This document shows positions 47,168 to 56,913 of a stretch of 64,000 nucleotides of DNA, one piece after another; within the stretch, counting starts at the first letter, position 1, and the number at the start of each line of letters is the position of its first letter. This DNA is from an uncultured Pseudobdellovibrionaceae bacterium (GTDB lineage: Bacteria; Bdellovibrionota; FAC87; UBA2466): assembly GCA_964519985.1 (NCBI GenBank), contig CAZFMF010000011.1, forward strand, positions 6,695 to 70,694, given 5' to 3'. The notes under the pieces were generated by a model. The model was not told the origin of the DNA, made no database searches, and saw only the letters and a program-made list of their open reading frames with translations. The translations under genes were made by a program, and so were the position numbers.

Positions 47168-47611
47168 ATGCCTCGCCAGGAAGAAGAAGCTGCGCATTTT
47201 AAGCGCCTTTTAGATGCCAAGGGCCTCAAGCTCACCCACGAGCGCCAGCAGCTCCTGGAAGAGATTCTCAAAATCAAACACCACTTCGATGCCGATGGGC
47301 TCTACGAGCTTCTTAAGGAAAAGGGCTTACGGATTTCGCGCGACACCGTCTACCGCACCCTTCCCCTTTTTCTGGAGTGCGGCGTCGTGCAAAAAAGCGT
47401 GGGCGATGGCCGGCGCGAATACTTCGAGCGCATCGGCTCCAAAGGCCATCACGATCATATGATCTGCATTCAGTGCAGCCGAATTATCGAATTCAAGTCC
47501 GATGAAATCGAACGCATTCAGGATCAAGTCTGCAAAGACCACGGCTTTCGTCTCATCTTTCACGACCACCGCTTATTCGGCTATTGCCGTGATTGCCAAT
47601 CTCGGAGCTAG
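47168..47611 (+). CDS. fur: Fur-family metalloregulator (Fur/Zur/PerR)
   Basis: DNA-binding helix region. Metal sites HHDHMICIQC, CKDHGF and HRLFGYCRDCQ (two CxxC pairs). Confidence 0.85.
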   Translation: MPRQEEEAAHFKRLLDAKGLKLTHERQQLLEEILKIKHHFDADGLYELLKEKGLRISRDTVYRTLPLFLECGVVQKSVGDGRREYFERIGSKGHHDHMICIQCSRIIEFKSDEIERIQDQVCKDHGFRLIFHDHRLFGYCRDCQSRS

Positions 47612-47614
47612 AAA

Positions 47615-48163
47615 TTGGAAACGCTCTACTCTTGGGACTTGGGAGTTTACCGCTTCATCAATACGCATCTCACTGCGACTTGGTTAGATCCGACGATCTC
47701 CCTGCTCTCGTCCACCCTCTTCTGGACGGTCCTAATGGCACTCGCGTTCGGCGTGGCCGCGACGTTGCGCAAAACGCGCGCACTCAAACTGCTTGCCGCC
47801 ATCGCCGTGGCGATTGCGATCAGCGATGCGACGACGACCTACCTTTTGAAACCAAAGTTCAATCGCGTGCGCCCCTGCCACTACCTCGAAGGAGCGCGGC
47901 GGGTGGGAAACATTTGCGGCAGCCGCGAAGGCATGCCTTCCAATCACGCGGCCAACGGAATGGCCGCCGCGATCTTGGTCGGGATCTTTGCGTCTCAAAG
48001 CTGGTTTGTACTGGCCCTCTTCTTCGCTTTGATCGTAGGCTTCACCCGTATTTACCTGGGGGTGCACTACCCTACCGATATTCTGGTGGGCTACCTCTTC
48101 GGGACGGGCTTTGGCGCCCTGGTCGCCCTTTTCTTTAGGCCATTATTGGGGAGAAAAACATGA
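47615..48163 (+). CDS. Membrane PAP2-family phosphatase
   Basis: PAP2 motifs KPKFNRVRP, PSNHA and LGVHYPTDILVG within a multi-TM protein. Confidence 0.8.
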   Translation: METLYSWDLGVYRFINTHLTATWLDPTISLLSSTLFWTVLMALAFGVAATLRKTRALKLLAAIAVAIAISDATTTYLLKPKFNRVRPCHYLEGARRVGNICGSREGMPSNHAANGMAAAILVGIFASQSWFVLALFFALIVGFTRIYLGVHYPTDILVGYLFGTGFGALVALFFRPLLGRKT

Positions 48164-48477
48164 GTTGGGAAATCACACCGCGGGAGCTGAAAGAACGCCT
48201 GGACCAAGGCGACGCCCTACAGGTGGTCGATGTGCGCGATGCGGAAGAATTGAAAATCGCCAGTCTCGGCGCGATCCACATCCCGCTGACTGACCTGGTG
48301 ATGCGCTATCGCGAACTCGATCCGGAGCGAGAGACCGTATTGGTCTGCCACCACGGCATCCGCAGCGCGCAGGCGACACTCTTGCTCTCGCAACTGGGGT
48401 TCGACAAAGTGAAGAACCTTTCGGGTGGCATTGATCGCTGGTCGACCGACGTCGACCCCTTGGTGCCGAAATACTGA
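48160..48477 (+). CDS. Rhodanese-like sulfurtransferase domain protein
   Basis: Active-site loop VLVCHHGIRSAQA (CxxGxR). VVDVRDAEE. 105 aa. Confidence 0.85.
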   Translation: MSWEITPRELKERLDQGDALQVVDVRDAEELKIASLGAIHIPLTDLVMRYRELDPERETVLVCHHGIRSAQATLLLSQLGFDKVKNLSGGIDRWSTDVDPLVPKY

Positions 48478-48765
48478 TTAGCGTGCGGCGTAGTCGCAGA
48501 ATAAGAAGATAAAGCCGATCGCCAGGCCCACCAGACCACTGCAGATCGTAATCCAGATCATCTTAGAAGCTTCCCGCACGTGCATGAAGATCCAGACGAC
48601 TAAGACGGCCTTGAACGTCGCGATGCCCATCGCGATGACGTTCGCGGCCGCGCCGAAGTCGTGGTACGCGACCCAGACCGTCGCCACCAACCCCAACATC
48701 AAAATGGCATAGACCACGTAGTACGCGAAGGTGGAATGCCCATGTTCGTGAGTGTGCGCTGCCAT
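48478..48765 (-). CDS. coxD: Cytochrome c oxidase subunit IV (prokaryotic caa3-type)
   Basis: 95 aa with two transmembrane helices. Sits directly downstream of coxIII. The N-terminus ([23 protein letters not shown]) is typical of bacterial subunit IV. Confidence 0.65.
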   Translation of the reverse strand: MAAHTHEHGHSTFAYYVVYAILMLGLVATVWVAYHDFGAAANVIAMGIATFKAVLVVWIFMHVREASKMIWITICSGLVGLAIGFIFLFCDYAAR

Positions 48766-49406
48766 CAGTATCGTCCTATGAGATAGAAAAGCGGGAACAC
48801 GTAGATCCAGATCAAGTCCACAAAGTGCCAGTAAAGGCCGACCATCTCCACGCGCTGGTAGCGTTCCTTCGGATACGCGCCGCGCGCCGCTTGGACCGTG
48901 AACCAGGCCAAGATCCCCACCCCAATCAAAACGTGAAACCCGTGCAATCCCGTTGCGCCAAAGTACAGGCTGTAGAAAAGCTGGGCTTCGTTGCCGTACG
49001 GGGTGTCGAAGTGCCAGAGTTTTCCCGGCACGGAGCCCACGTGGAATTTGTGGGCATACTCGAAATACTTAATAACCAAGAAGGCGATTCCGGCTGACAT
49101 CGTGACGCCCAACAAAAAGGTCAGGCGTTTTTTGAGTCCGCGCTGGGCCGCGTTCACCGCCAACGCCATGGTCAAACTGCTCGTGAGCAGAATGCCGGTG
49201 TTCAGTGTCCCGAGCTGCACATCCAGGTGGTGGCTCATGTCGTGGAACATCTGCGGGTGCAAGTACCGGTAAATCGTGTACGAGAAAAAGATCCCGCCGA
49301 AGAACATGATTTCGGTCAGCAGAAACACCCACATCCCCAGACTGACGGATTCCCGTTGCTGGACGATGTCGTCGAAATGGTGCGCTAGATACGGGTTCGC
49401 GCTCAT
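48765..49406 (-). CDS. coxC: Cytochrome c oxidase subunit III
   Basis: Start at [13 protein letters not shown]... overlapping the coxI stop (ATGA). Conserved HHFD..QQ...LGMW, FFGG.F..Y and HGFH motifs. Confidence 0.9.
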   Translation of the reverse strand: MSANPYLAHHFDDIVQQRESVSLGMWVFLLTEIMFFGGIFFSYTIYRYLHPQMFHDMSHHLDVQLGTLNTGILLTSSLTMALAVNAAQRGLKKRLTFLLGVTMSAGIAFLVIKYFEYAHKFHVGSVPGKLWHFDTPYGNEAQLFYSLYFGATGLHGFHVLIGVGILAWFTVQAARGAYPKERYQRVEMVGLYWHFVDLIWIYVFPLFYLIGRY

Positions 49407-51016
49407 GTACTGGCCCTCACTGGGTACGCGTAGGCATCTTCCGTCACCACCACGGGGGAAGTGAAGTTTTCCGTGGGCGGCGGCGAGGGAATCTGCCATT
49501 CCAGCCCCTTCGCGCCCCACGGATTCGCCGGTGACTTTTCGCCCTTAAACAAAGAGTACATCAAGTAGATCACCGGCAAGACGTACCCGATCCCCAGCAC
49601 GGTCGACCCGAGTGTCGACATCACGTGGTAGATCTGAAACTCCGGCGGATAGTAATGATACCGGCGCGGATTGCCGAGATAGCCCACGATAAACTGCGGG
49701 AAGAAGGTAAAGTTGAAGCCTACGAAGACCAGGATCGCAGCAATCTTCGCCCAGAACTCGTTGTAAAGGCGCCCGGTCATCTTCGGCCACCAGAAGTGCA
49801 GGCCACCCAGATAACCCATCAGCGCACCGCCCACCATGATGTAGTGGAAGTGCGCGACCACGAAGTAAGTGTCATGCAAGTGCACGTCGGTCGCGAGCGT
49901 CGACAAGAAGATTCCCGTCAAACCGCCGATGACAAACAACCCAATGAAGCCCAACGCGAAGAGCATCGGCGAATCGAGCGAAATAGAGCCCTTGTAGAGC
50001 GTCGCGGTATAGTTGAACGTCTTAATCGCGGACGGAACCGCCACCAAGAAACTGATCAGCGAGAAGACAACGCCGAGGTACGGCGATTGGCTACTCACAA
50101 ACATATGGTGGCCCCAGACCAGGAAACCCAAAACCGCGATCGCGATACTCGAAAACGCCACAAACCGGTAACCGAACATACGTTTGCGGGCAAAGGCCGT
50201 GACCAATTCCGCGATGACGCCGAGTGAGGGCAGAATCATGATGTAAACCGCGGGGTGCGAATAGAACCAGAAAAGATGTTGGAACAGCACCGGATCGCCA
50301 CCCTTGGCCGGATCGAAGATGCCAAAACCAAGCAGACGCTCAAGTGTCGCCAAGAAGAGCGTCACCGCGAGCACCGGCGTCGCCAGCACCATGATCAAGG
50401 ACGTCGCGTACTGCGCCCAAATAAAGAGCGGCATCCGGAACCACGTCATGCCCGGCGCGCGCATCTTGTGGATCGTGACGATGAAATTGAAACCGGTAAA
50501 AATCGACGAGAAACCCGCAATGAAAGCCCCGATCAGGGTCATTGCCACATGGCTCTTCGCAAACGCCGTGCTGTACGGGGTGTAGAAGGTCCAGCCCGTG
50601 TCGACACCGCCGGCGAGGATCGCGTACAGGATGCAGGCGCCGCCCGCCATGTACAAGTACCAGCTCAAAAGGTTGATCTTCGGAAAGGCCAAATCCCGCG
50701 CGCCCACCATTATGGGCACCAGAAAGTTTCCGAGCGTCGCCGGAATGGATGGCACCAAAAAGGCGAAGACCATGATCACGCCGTGCATGGTAAAAAGACG
50801 ATTGTAAGTATCCGACTGCAACAAGTCGCCCTGCGGGGTCAGCAGATCCAAACGGAAAATGAACGCCGCCAAACCGCCCAAGAAAAAGAAAAAGGAAATC
50901 GACACGAGGTACAAGATCGCGATGCGCTTGTGATCCACGGTCAGCAGCCACGACCGAATCGTGTGGCCGTTGTTCAGATAATTCTTAGGCTCTTCCGCCG
51001 AATACACCGCACTCAT
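49403..51016 (-). CDS. coxA: Cytochrome c oxidase subunit I (haem-copper oxidase catalytic subunit)
   Basis: Canonical subunit I sequence (GHPEVYILILP-like [22 protein letters not shown]). 12 transmembrane helices. Confidence 0.95.
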   Translation of the reverse strand: MSAVYSAEEPKNYLNNGHTIRSWLLTVDHKRIAILYLVSISFFFFLGGLAAFIFRLDLLTPQGDLLQSDTYNRLFTMHGVIMVFAFLVPSIPATLGNFLVPIMVGARDLAFPKINLLSWYLYMAGGACILYAILAGGVDTGWTFYTPYSTAFAKSHVAMTLIGAFIAGFSSIFTGFNFIVTIHKMRAPGMTWFRMPLFIWAQYATSLIMVLATPVLAVTLFLATLERLLGFGIFDPAKGGDPVLFQHLFWFYSHPAVYIMILPSLGVIAELVTAFARKRMFGYRFVAFSSIAIAVLGFLVWGHHMFVSSQSPYLGVVFSLISFLVAVPSAIKTFNYTATLYKGSISLDSPMLFALGFIGLFVIGGLTGIFLSTLATDVHLHDTYFVVAHFHYIMVGGALMGYLGGLHFWWPKMTGRLYNEFWAKIAAILVFVGFNFTFFPQFIVGYLGNPRRYHYYPPEFQIYHVMSTLGSTVLGIGYVLPVIYLMYSLFKGEKSPANPWGAKGLEWQIPSPPPTENFTSPVVVTEDAYAYPVRAST

Positions 51017-52023
51017 TTATGACTCCCAGAGGTCGACTTAATGTAGTCGATGACCTGCTTGATCTCGTCTTCCTTAATCACGCCCTGGTAGGGCGGCATC
51101 ACGGGGTTGTACCCCTTCACTACTTTCGCCGTGGACATCAAGATGGATTCTCGGATGTAGTTTTCGTCGACCGTCACGGACGCACCATTGGCCAAAGCCA
51201 CTTTGGTGCCGAAAATACCTTCTAGCTGCGGGGCCAATGTCGTGTTGCCGATCTGGTGGCACGCCCGGCACCCCTGCGACTCCAGCACCGCTTTGCCGGC
51301 GGCGCCCGGATCATTCGAAGAGACCACCACGGCCGCCGTGCCGCCCGCCGCGTTCACGGGCGTCCCGTCCCGATTCGGCCCGCCCTCGATCACCGGGCTC
51401 GCGAGCCAAGCTTCATAGTCCGCCACCGACATCACGATCACCTTGCCGACCATGCGGGAGTGCTCGGTGCCGCAGTATTCCGCGCAGAAAAGATGGTAAA
51501 CACCGGCTTTCGTCGGTTCGAACCAGGTCGAACTGTAGCGCATGGGCAAAACATCCTGCTTAATACGGAAGGCCGGGACGTAGAAACTGTGGATCACGTC
51601 CTGGGAAATCATCGTCATCTTCACCGCCTTGCCCACCGGCAAGTGCAGCTCGTTGATTTCACGACGGCCATCGGGATGCTGGAATTTCCACATCCACTGC
51701 TTGCCGACGGCGAAGATCTCCATCGTGCCGGTCGGGGGCGGATGATAGATGCCCAAGAAAAGTTTGGCGCCCCAAGCAAACAAAACCAATCCGATGAAAA
51801 GTGGGATGAGCGACCAGCCGACTTCCATCAAATGGTGTTCATGCACTTCCTGCGCAACCTCATTGCCCGGACGGCGGCGATACTTGATGGCGAAGATCAC
51901 GATCAGAGCGGAAATGACGACGACAAAGAACAGGCTCACCGCGATGAGCGCGAAGTAAAGCAAGTCAATATGGGGAGCGAGTTTAGACGCCTGCTCCGGG
52001 AAAAAACTAAACTTTCCGTACAC
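51013..52023 (-). CDS. coxB: Cytochrome c oxidase subunit II fused to a C-terminal cytochrome c domain (caa3-type)
   Basis: CuA site HSFYVPAF...[13 protein letters not shown]-terminal CRACHQ haem site. Confidence 0.9.
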   Translation of the reverse strand: MYGKFSFFPEQASKLAPHIDLLYFALIAVSLFFVVVISALIVIFAIKYRRRPGNEVAQEVHEHHLMEVGWSLIPLFIGLVLFAWGAKLFLGIYHPPPTGTMEIFAVGKQWMWKFQHPDGRREINELHLPVGKAVKMTMISQDVIHSFYVPAFRIKQDVLPMRYSSTWFEPTKAGVYHLFCAEYCGTEHSRMVGKVIVMSVADYEAWLASPVIEGGPNRDGTPVNAAGGTAAVVVSSNDPGAAGKAVLESQGCRACHQIGNTTLAPQLEGIFGTKVALANGASVTVDENYIRESILMSTAKVVKGYNPVMPPYQGVIKEDEIKQVIDYIKSTSGSHK

Positions 52024-52852
52024 TGTCTTCCTCTTCGCGTTTGCGTTGCTTTCGCTCGCGGCGCAGCATCGCCCAGATAAAGCCGCCGAGCGCCGTCACC
52101 GTCAGGCCGCTGAGACCGCGGACTACGCTCATGATGACAAAACCGTACTTCCCCTGCGTGGGATCGTATTTGTAGCAATACAGTAGAAGGTGATCCGCCA
52201 GCGTCCCGATCTTGTTCTCGCTCGCTTCCACCATCCCCAAGCGCAAATCGTTCGGGTTGTAATGAATCCCGTAGAGATAGCGCGAGATTTTACCTTTGGG
52301 CGTTGCGATCAAGATCCCGCTCGGATGAACGTATTCGCCCGTGCTGGGATCGTAGCGGTAAGTAAACCCGATGCTATCCGCCACTTTCTTGATCTGGCTT
52401 TCCTCGCCGGTCAGAAAGAAAGTGCCCGACTCGAGGTCGGGGCGATTGTAGGTATGCAGATAGGTTTTGCGCTTCTTCGCGGCCGCCTCCGGCGTTTCCG
52501 CCGGATCGATGCTGATAAAAACAACCCGGTAGGCTTCCGGAACATTGAAGCGCACGCGGGAAAGCGCTTGGAAAGTTTCACGGTAAATCACCGTGCACAT
52601 ATTCGGGCATCGGGCGTAAGCCATGGCGAGCACGACCGGGCCCTTGCCAAAGACTTCCCCCAGCTTCATTTCCTTGCCGTCACTATTGGTGAAAACGGCA
52701 TCCATCGGAAGCTGCGCGTTCAGCTTTTGGTCAAAGGCCAGCCCTTGAATAATCGTCTGGGTGGTATTGTACGCCCCACCGGTCGGGCGAAACCCGCCCT
52801 CGGCGAATCCGAGACTCGAAGCCAAGAGCAGAATGGGAAACACGGCCCTCAC
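52007..52852 (-). CDS. SCO1/SenC family copper chaperone
   Basis: Signal/anchor. CxxxC motif MAYARCPNMCT. Conserved downstream His region. Thioredoxin fold. Positioned next to the oxidase genes. Confidence 0.85.
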   Translation of the reverse strand: MRAVFPILLLASSLGFAEGGFRPTGGAYNTTQTIIQGLAFDQKLNAQLPMDAVFTNSDGKEMKLGEVFGKGPVVLAMAYARCPNMCTVIYRETFQALSRVRFNVPEAYRVVFISIDPAETPEAAAKKRKTYLHTYNRPDLESGTFFLTGEESQIKKVADSIGFTYRYDPSTGEYVHPSGILIATPKGKISRYLYGIHYNPNDLRLGMVEASENKIGTLADHLLLYCYKYDPTQGKYGFVIMSVVRGLSGLTVTALGGFIWAMLRRERKQRKREEEDSVRKV

Positions 52853-53217
52853 TTCGAGCCCCCTCGAGCCGGAAGGCCTTTGTCGATAACGAGATTCATC
52901 GCGCGCTGGATCGGAATGCGCACCACTCCCTGCGGTCGGTTCACCCAGCCGTACGTCGACAGATGCTCGAGCTGAGCCTTCTTAAAGGCGGCCATTTCGT
53001 CCTGCGGCCGCGATTGGAGCGGAGGAAACGTCATGGGCCGCTTCAAAACCAATTCCGGATCCGGGTGCATATGCGGCGTACCGTAAACATAGAAAACGAA
53101 CGCACAGGTGGCGCCGATCATCGCAAAAAGCCCAATGGCCCACAGGAACAGCCCCTTAAGCGGCAGGTCCTTTTCGTAGTAATCGATCGTCGTCGAAGTT
53201 TCGGAGTGTTTTTGCAT
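52849..53217 (-). CDS. Small single-TM membrane protein of unknown function between actF and SCO1 (possibly an accessory ACIII/oxidase subunit)
   Basis: Start at MQKHSETSTTIDYYEK.. (ATG overlaps the actF stop, TAATG). One transmembrane helix LFLWAIGLFAMIGATCAFVFYVYG. The track ORF extends to 53580 by read-through. Confidence 0.4.
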   Translation of the reverse strand: MQKHSETSTTIDYYEKDLPLKGLFLWAIGLFAMIGATCAFVFYVYGTPHMHPDPELVLKRPMTFPPLQSRPQDEMAAFKKAQLEHLSTYGWVNRPQGVVRIPIQRAMNLVIDKGLPARGGSK

Positions 53218-54422
53218 TAGTGCTTCTTCTCCGTATGGGGTTTGTCTTGCGGACCCCCGTGCGACCCACCATGCGGATGGTGCGCCAGTGCGTGAGCGGG
53301 ATCGGGAATGCCCGCGCTTCTCCCCAAGAAAGCAAAGTAAAGGGCAGCCCAGAGACTGCCTAATGCCACTGGGGCCACGACGTCCATCCACTGGACGGGG
53401 AACGTGCCGATACGCACGCCCGGGGCGATGAGCCAGATCTGCTCGAACGCCCGGCCGAAGAGCAGGAAGAAAGCCACGCAAACGAGGAAGCGCGGATTCT
53501 TCTTGGCCCGAGCCGAGAGCAGTAGGCAGAACGGGATGGCCCATTGCAGCAGCGGCAGGATCGTACTCATCACCGGCCAACCGCCGATGCTACGCTCGTA
53601 GTACCAGAACGTTTCTTCCGGCAAGTTCCCCGACCAGATGATGAGGAACTGGGAAAGACTCATGTAGCCCCAGAGCATGATGCACATGAAAAGGAACTTG
53701 CCCAAGTCATGCAGATTCTTTTCATTCAACCAGGGGTTCGGAGTGGTCTTCGCCATCGCCACGAGACTGATGACAGAAATCGAAAAGGCGGACATCGCGC
53801 AGCCCACTAGCGTAATGGCACCGAAGATACTCGAAAACCAGTGCGGCTCGACCGACATCACCCAATCAATGGCGGCAAAACTGACCGTGAGGACGAAGAG
53901 CAAAAGACCGCCCGCGCTCAGGCGCTGCACGCGATGCACTTTGGACCAATCCGTGCTCCCCGGATTCGGAATCAGCCACCGGCGCAACCACCAGGCGAGA
54001 ATAATCCAGAACACGAAATAACCCGCCGAGCGGATCATCCACCAATGAGCATTGAGATAAATCGCTTTACTCTGTAGCGCGGCGTCGTGGGCCACCAGTT
54101 CGTGATTGGTCCACGGGTAGATCACGTTCATTCCTACCGCGATGGGCAGAAACAAGATCGCCATCGCCGGTAACGTGCACATCCCCGCTTCGAGGAATGG
54201 GCGAATGGTCCAACCCCAGCGTCCGCCGGACAGGTTGTGCACCATGGTCAACCCAAGGCAACCCAGTGGAATCGCGATCGCAAAGGCATAGCCTTGCAAA
54301 TACGAAAGAAAAAACTGCGGCCGATTCATCAGGAAACCGAAGACCAGCAGTCCGGCGCCGATCACGGCCGGCAGTACCATCATGCGCTTATAGGAAGCCG
54401 CGCCTGAAAACGCCAAACTCAT
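53217..54422 (-). CDS. actF: Alternative complex III subunit ActF (NrfD-like polytopic membrane protein)
   Basis: About 400-aa multi-TM protein homologous in layout to ActC. Position after actE in an actABCDEF-ordered cluster. Confidence 0.7.
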   Translation of the reverse strand: MSLAFSGAASYKRMMVLPAVIGAGLLVFGFLMNRPQFFLSYLQGYAFAIAIPLGCLGLTMVHNLSGGRWGWTIRPFLEAGMCTLPAMAILFLPIAVGMNVIYPWTNHELVAHDAALQSKAIYLNAHWWMIRSAGYFVFWIILAWWLRRWLIPNPGSTDWSKVHRVQRLSAGGLLLFVLTVSFAAIDWVMSVEPHWFSSIFGAITLVGCAMSAFSISVISLVAMAKTTPNPWLNEKNLHDLGKFLFMCIMLWGYMSLSQFLIIWSGNLPEETFWYYERSIGGWPVMSTILPLLQWAIPFCLLLSARAKKNPRFLVCVAFFLLFGRAFEQIWLIAPGVRIGTFPVQWMDVVAPVALGSLWAALYFAFLGRSAGIPDPAHALAHHPHGGSHGGPQDKPHTEKKH

Positions 54423-55012
54423 TTCATCGCCTCCAGCTTCGCGCGCTCTTCAGACGGAACGTCGGAAATCCGCGCGTCCTGGCTCAGTTGGAGCGCCCGA
54501 ACGTACGCGATGATCGCCCAGCGATCCTCCGCCTTCACCTGCGCGCCGTAGCCCGACATCATTCCGATGCCATTGGTAATCACGTTAAAGAAGTGGCTGA
54601 CCGGAGCGGCTTTGAGCCGCGCTTCGGTGAACGCCGGTGGGCGTTTGAAACCACGCTGAACCACCATGCCCCAACCGTCGCCGGTGCGACTGTGGCAGGG
54701 AGAGCAGTAAATATTGTAACGGTTCATCCCGCGCTCGATTTCCTTGCGGGTAATGGGAAACGGAAAGTCCGTCACCGGCTTGCCGTCGACGATCCCCAGA
54801 TTCAAATGGTCGTCTTGATGGTGGTGGGGCACCGTTCCCGGCACCAACGGTCGAGACTCGCGCTTATCATCGAAGAAGTCCGATTTCCCAAAGGGACGGG
54901 ACTTCTCCTGCTTGTACATCGCTTGCCGGCGCGAACAGGCTCCCAGCCCGATCACGACAATCAGCGCCAAGGCGCCGGCGAAAATGCGAGTCTGCTTAGG
55001 GCTGCACTTCAT
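54419..55012 (-). CDS. actE: Alternative complex III subunit ActE (membrane-anchored mono-haem cytochrome c)
   Basis: Single CxxCH (CSPCHS). Signal/lipo-like N-terminus (LGACS). About 197 aa. Confidence 0.7.
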   Translation of the reverse strand: MKCSPKQTRIFAGALALIVVIGLGACSRRQAMYKQEKSRPFGKSDFFDDKRESRPLVPGTVPHHHQDDHLNLGIVDGKPVTDFPFPITRKEIERGMNRYNIYCSPCHSRTGDGWGMVVQRGFKRPPAFTEARLKAAPVSHFFNVITNGIGMMSGYGAQVKAEDRWAIIAYVRALQLSQDARISDVPSEERAKLEAMK

Positions 55013-55541
55013 GGACGCCTCGCGGATTCAAACTCTTCAGAAATGCTTTGGTCTGACTCAAATCAAACTTCGGATCCGTTGCTTCAATGCCGATGAAGAA
55101 CGCGTCCTTCGAAGCGCGCGCAAATTCGGGGACATTGAAAAGTGGGTGGTAGTGTCGCGGCAACCCGTTTAAACCAATCATGCCAAATACGGCCGTGAAG
55201 CCCGAGAGCAAAACGGTGAGCTCAAACATGATCGGAAAATACATCGGCCAGCTGAAAAGCGGGCGACCGCCCACGTTGATCGGATAATCAATGGCCGAAA
55301 TCCAAAACATCATGGCAAACGCCGTCAGCAAACCGGTGATTCCGCCCCCGAGAATGAGAAAGCCAATCCTCGAATGGTGCTTGCCCAACGCTTCAATGAG
55401 CCCTTCCACGGGAAAGGGCGAATAAGCGTCGGTCTTGGAATACCCCGCGGCGTGGACCTTACCCGCGGCTTCGATCAAGCTTTCCACCGTCGGGAATTCG
55501 GCGATGAGGCCGAAAGTCGTCGGCTCCTTTGCCTTATCCAT
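54996..55541 (-). CDS. actD: Alternative complex III subunit ActD (DUF3341 membrane protein)
   Basis: About 181 aa with two transmembrane helices. Conserved position between actC and actE. Confidence 0.65.
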   Translation of the reverse strand: MDKAKEPTTFGLIAEFPTVESLIEAAGKVHAAGYSKTDAYSPFPVEGLIEALGKHHSRIGFLILGGGITGLLTAFAMMFWISAIDYPINVGGRPLFSWPMYFPIMFELTVLLSGFTAVFGMIGLNGLPRHYHPLFNVPEFARASKDAFFIGIEATDPKFDLSQTKAFLKSLNPRGVHEVQP

Positions 55542-56913
55542 GATGGGCTCCCTTTTTCTTATGATCCTCTTCCGTCACGAGCACCCGCATTTCGAAGACC
55601 GAAATCAGCGGCAAGACCCGGATGAAAATAAAGAGCAAGCTAAAGAAGAGTCCAATCGTTCCGAGGAACATCGACCAGTCAAAGGCCGTCGGGTAGTACA
55701 TGCCCCAGTTGGCCGGCAGAAAATCGGCGGACAAGCTGACCACGATAATCACAAAGCGCTCCAGCCACATCCCGGTATTGACCACTAAGGACATGAGGAA
55801 CAGGAAGGGAATATTGCGCCGCAAGCGACGGAACCAGAGCAGCTGCGGAATCGCCACATTGCACGCGAGCAATGCGTAGTACAGGTATTTGTAGGGCCCG
55901 ATGAAACGATTGAGCAGCATGTATTTTTCGTATTCGCTGCCGCTATACCACCCGATGAACCCTTCGATCAGGTAGCCGTAGGCCACGATCAAACCGGTGA
56001 GCAACATGACTTTCGCCATATTGTTCAAGTGGCGCATCGTGATGAAGTCTTGGAGTTTGAAGATAGCGCGCGTCGGGATCATCAACGTCAAAACCATTGC
56101 GAACCCGGAATAAATCGCACCGGCCACAAAGTACGGCGGGAAAATCGTCGTGTGCCAACCCGGCACGATGCCCACCGCGAAGTCGAAGCTCACGATCGTA
56201 TGGACCGAAAGCACGAGCGGCGTGGCCAACCCGGCCAGGATCAAATAAATGGTTTCGTAGCGGTTCCAATGGACGGCCGAACCGCGCCACCCGATGGCCA
56301 GCACGCCGTAGATCATGCGCTGCCATTTATGCGGCGAATGATCGCGCAGGGTGGCGAAGTCGGGAATCAAACCGACCAACCAAAACAGCAATGACGTCAG
56401 CCCGTACGTCGAAATCGCAAAAACGTCCCACATTAGGGGGCTGCGAAACTGCGGCCAAATCGACATCACATTGGGATACGGCAGCACCCAGTAGGCTCCG
56501 ACTTCCGGACGACCCATGTGCAAGATGGGAAAGAGCGCGGCGCAAGCCACCGCGAAGAGCGTCATCGCTTCGGCGAAACGGTTAATCGACGTGCGCCAGT
56601 CTTGACGGAACAAAAGCAAAATCGCCGAAATCAAAGTTCCGGCGTGGCCGATCCCGATCCACCAAACGAAATTGATGATGTCGAAACCCCAACCGACCGG
56701 GATGTTGATCCCCCAGATCCCGACGCAATATTTAAAGAGCATGCCGACGGTATAGAGCATGCCCATTAAGAGCGTGAAGGCGATCGAGAAACCAAAGAGC
56801 CAACCCGGACGGATCTTTTCCTTAACGACGATGTCGTTGATCTTGTCGGTAACCGTAGCCAGCGTCTGGCGACCGCCCAATACGGATTCAGGAGCTAGCT
56901 TGGATTGACTCAT
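55534..56913 (-). CDS. actC: Alternative complex III subunit ActC (NrfD/PsrC-like quinol-interacting membrane subunit)
   Basis: 459-aa polytopic protein with NrfD-like helices, immediately downstream of the molybdopterin/FeS subunit. Confidence 0.8.
   Translation of the reverse strand: MSQSKLAPESVLGGRQTLATVTDKINDIVVKEKIRPGWLFGFSIAFTLLMGMLYTVGMLFKYCVGIWGINIPVGWGFDIINFVWWIGIGHAGTLISAILLLFRQDWRTSINRFAEAMTLFAVACAALFPILHMGRPEVGAYWVLPYPNVMSIWPQFRSPLMWDVFAISTYGLTSLLFWLVGLIPDFATLRDHSPHKWQRMIYGVLAIGWRGSAVHWNRYETIYLILAGLATPLVLSVHTIVSFDFAVGIVPGWHTTIFPPYFVAGAIYSGFAMVLTLMIPTRAIFKLQDFITMRHLNNMAKVMLLTGLIVAYGYLIEGFIGWYSGSEYEKYMLLNRFIGPYKYLYYALLACNVAIPQLLWFRRLRRNIPFLFLMSLVVNTGMWLERFVIIVVSLSADFLPANWGMYYPTAFDWSMFLGTIGLFFSLLFIFIRVLPLISVFEMRVLVTEEDHKKKGAHHG

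Noticed and set aside
50255-51022. 255-aa plus-strand ORF, plus several 60-200-aa ORFs on both strands within coxI/coxII
   Set aside because: They overlap the highly conserved coxI and coxII coding sequences. Their extreme Arg/His content is typical of antisense frames.
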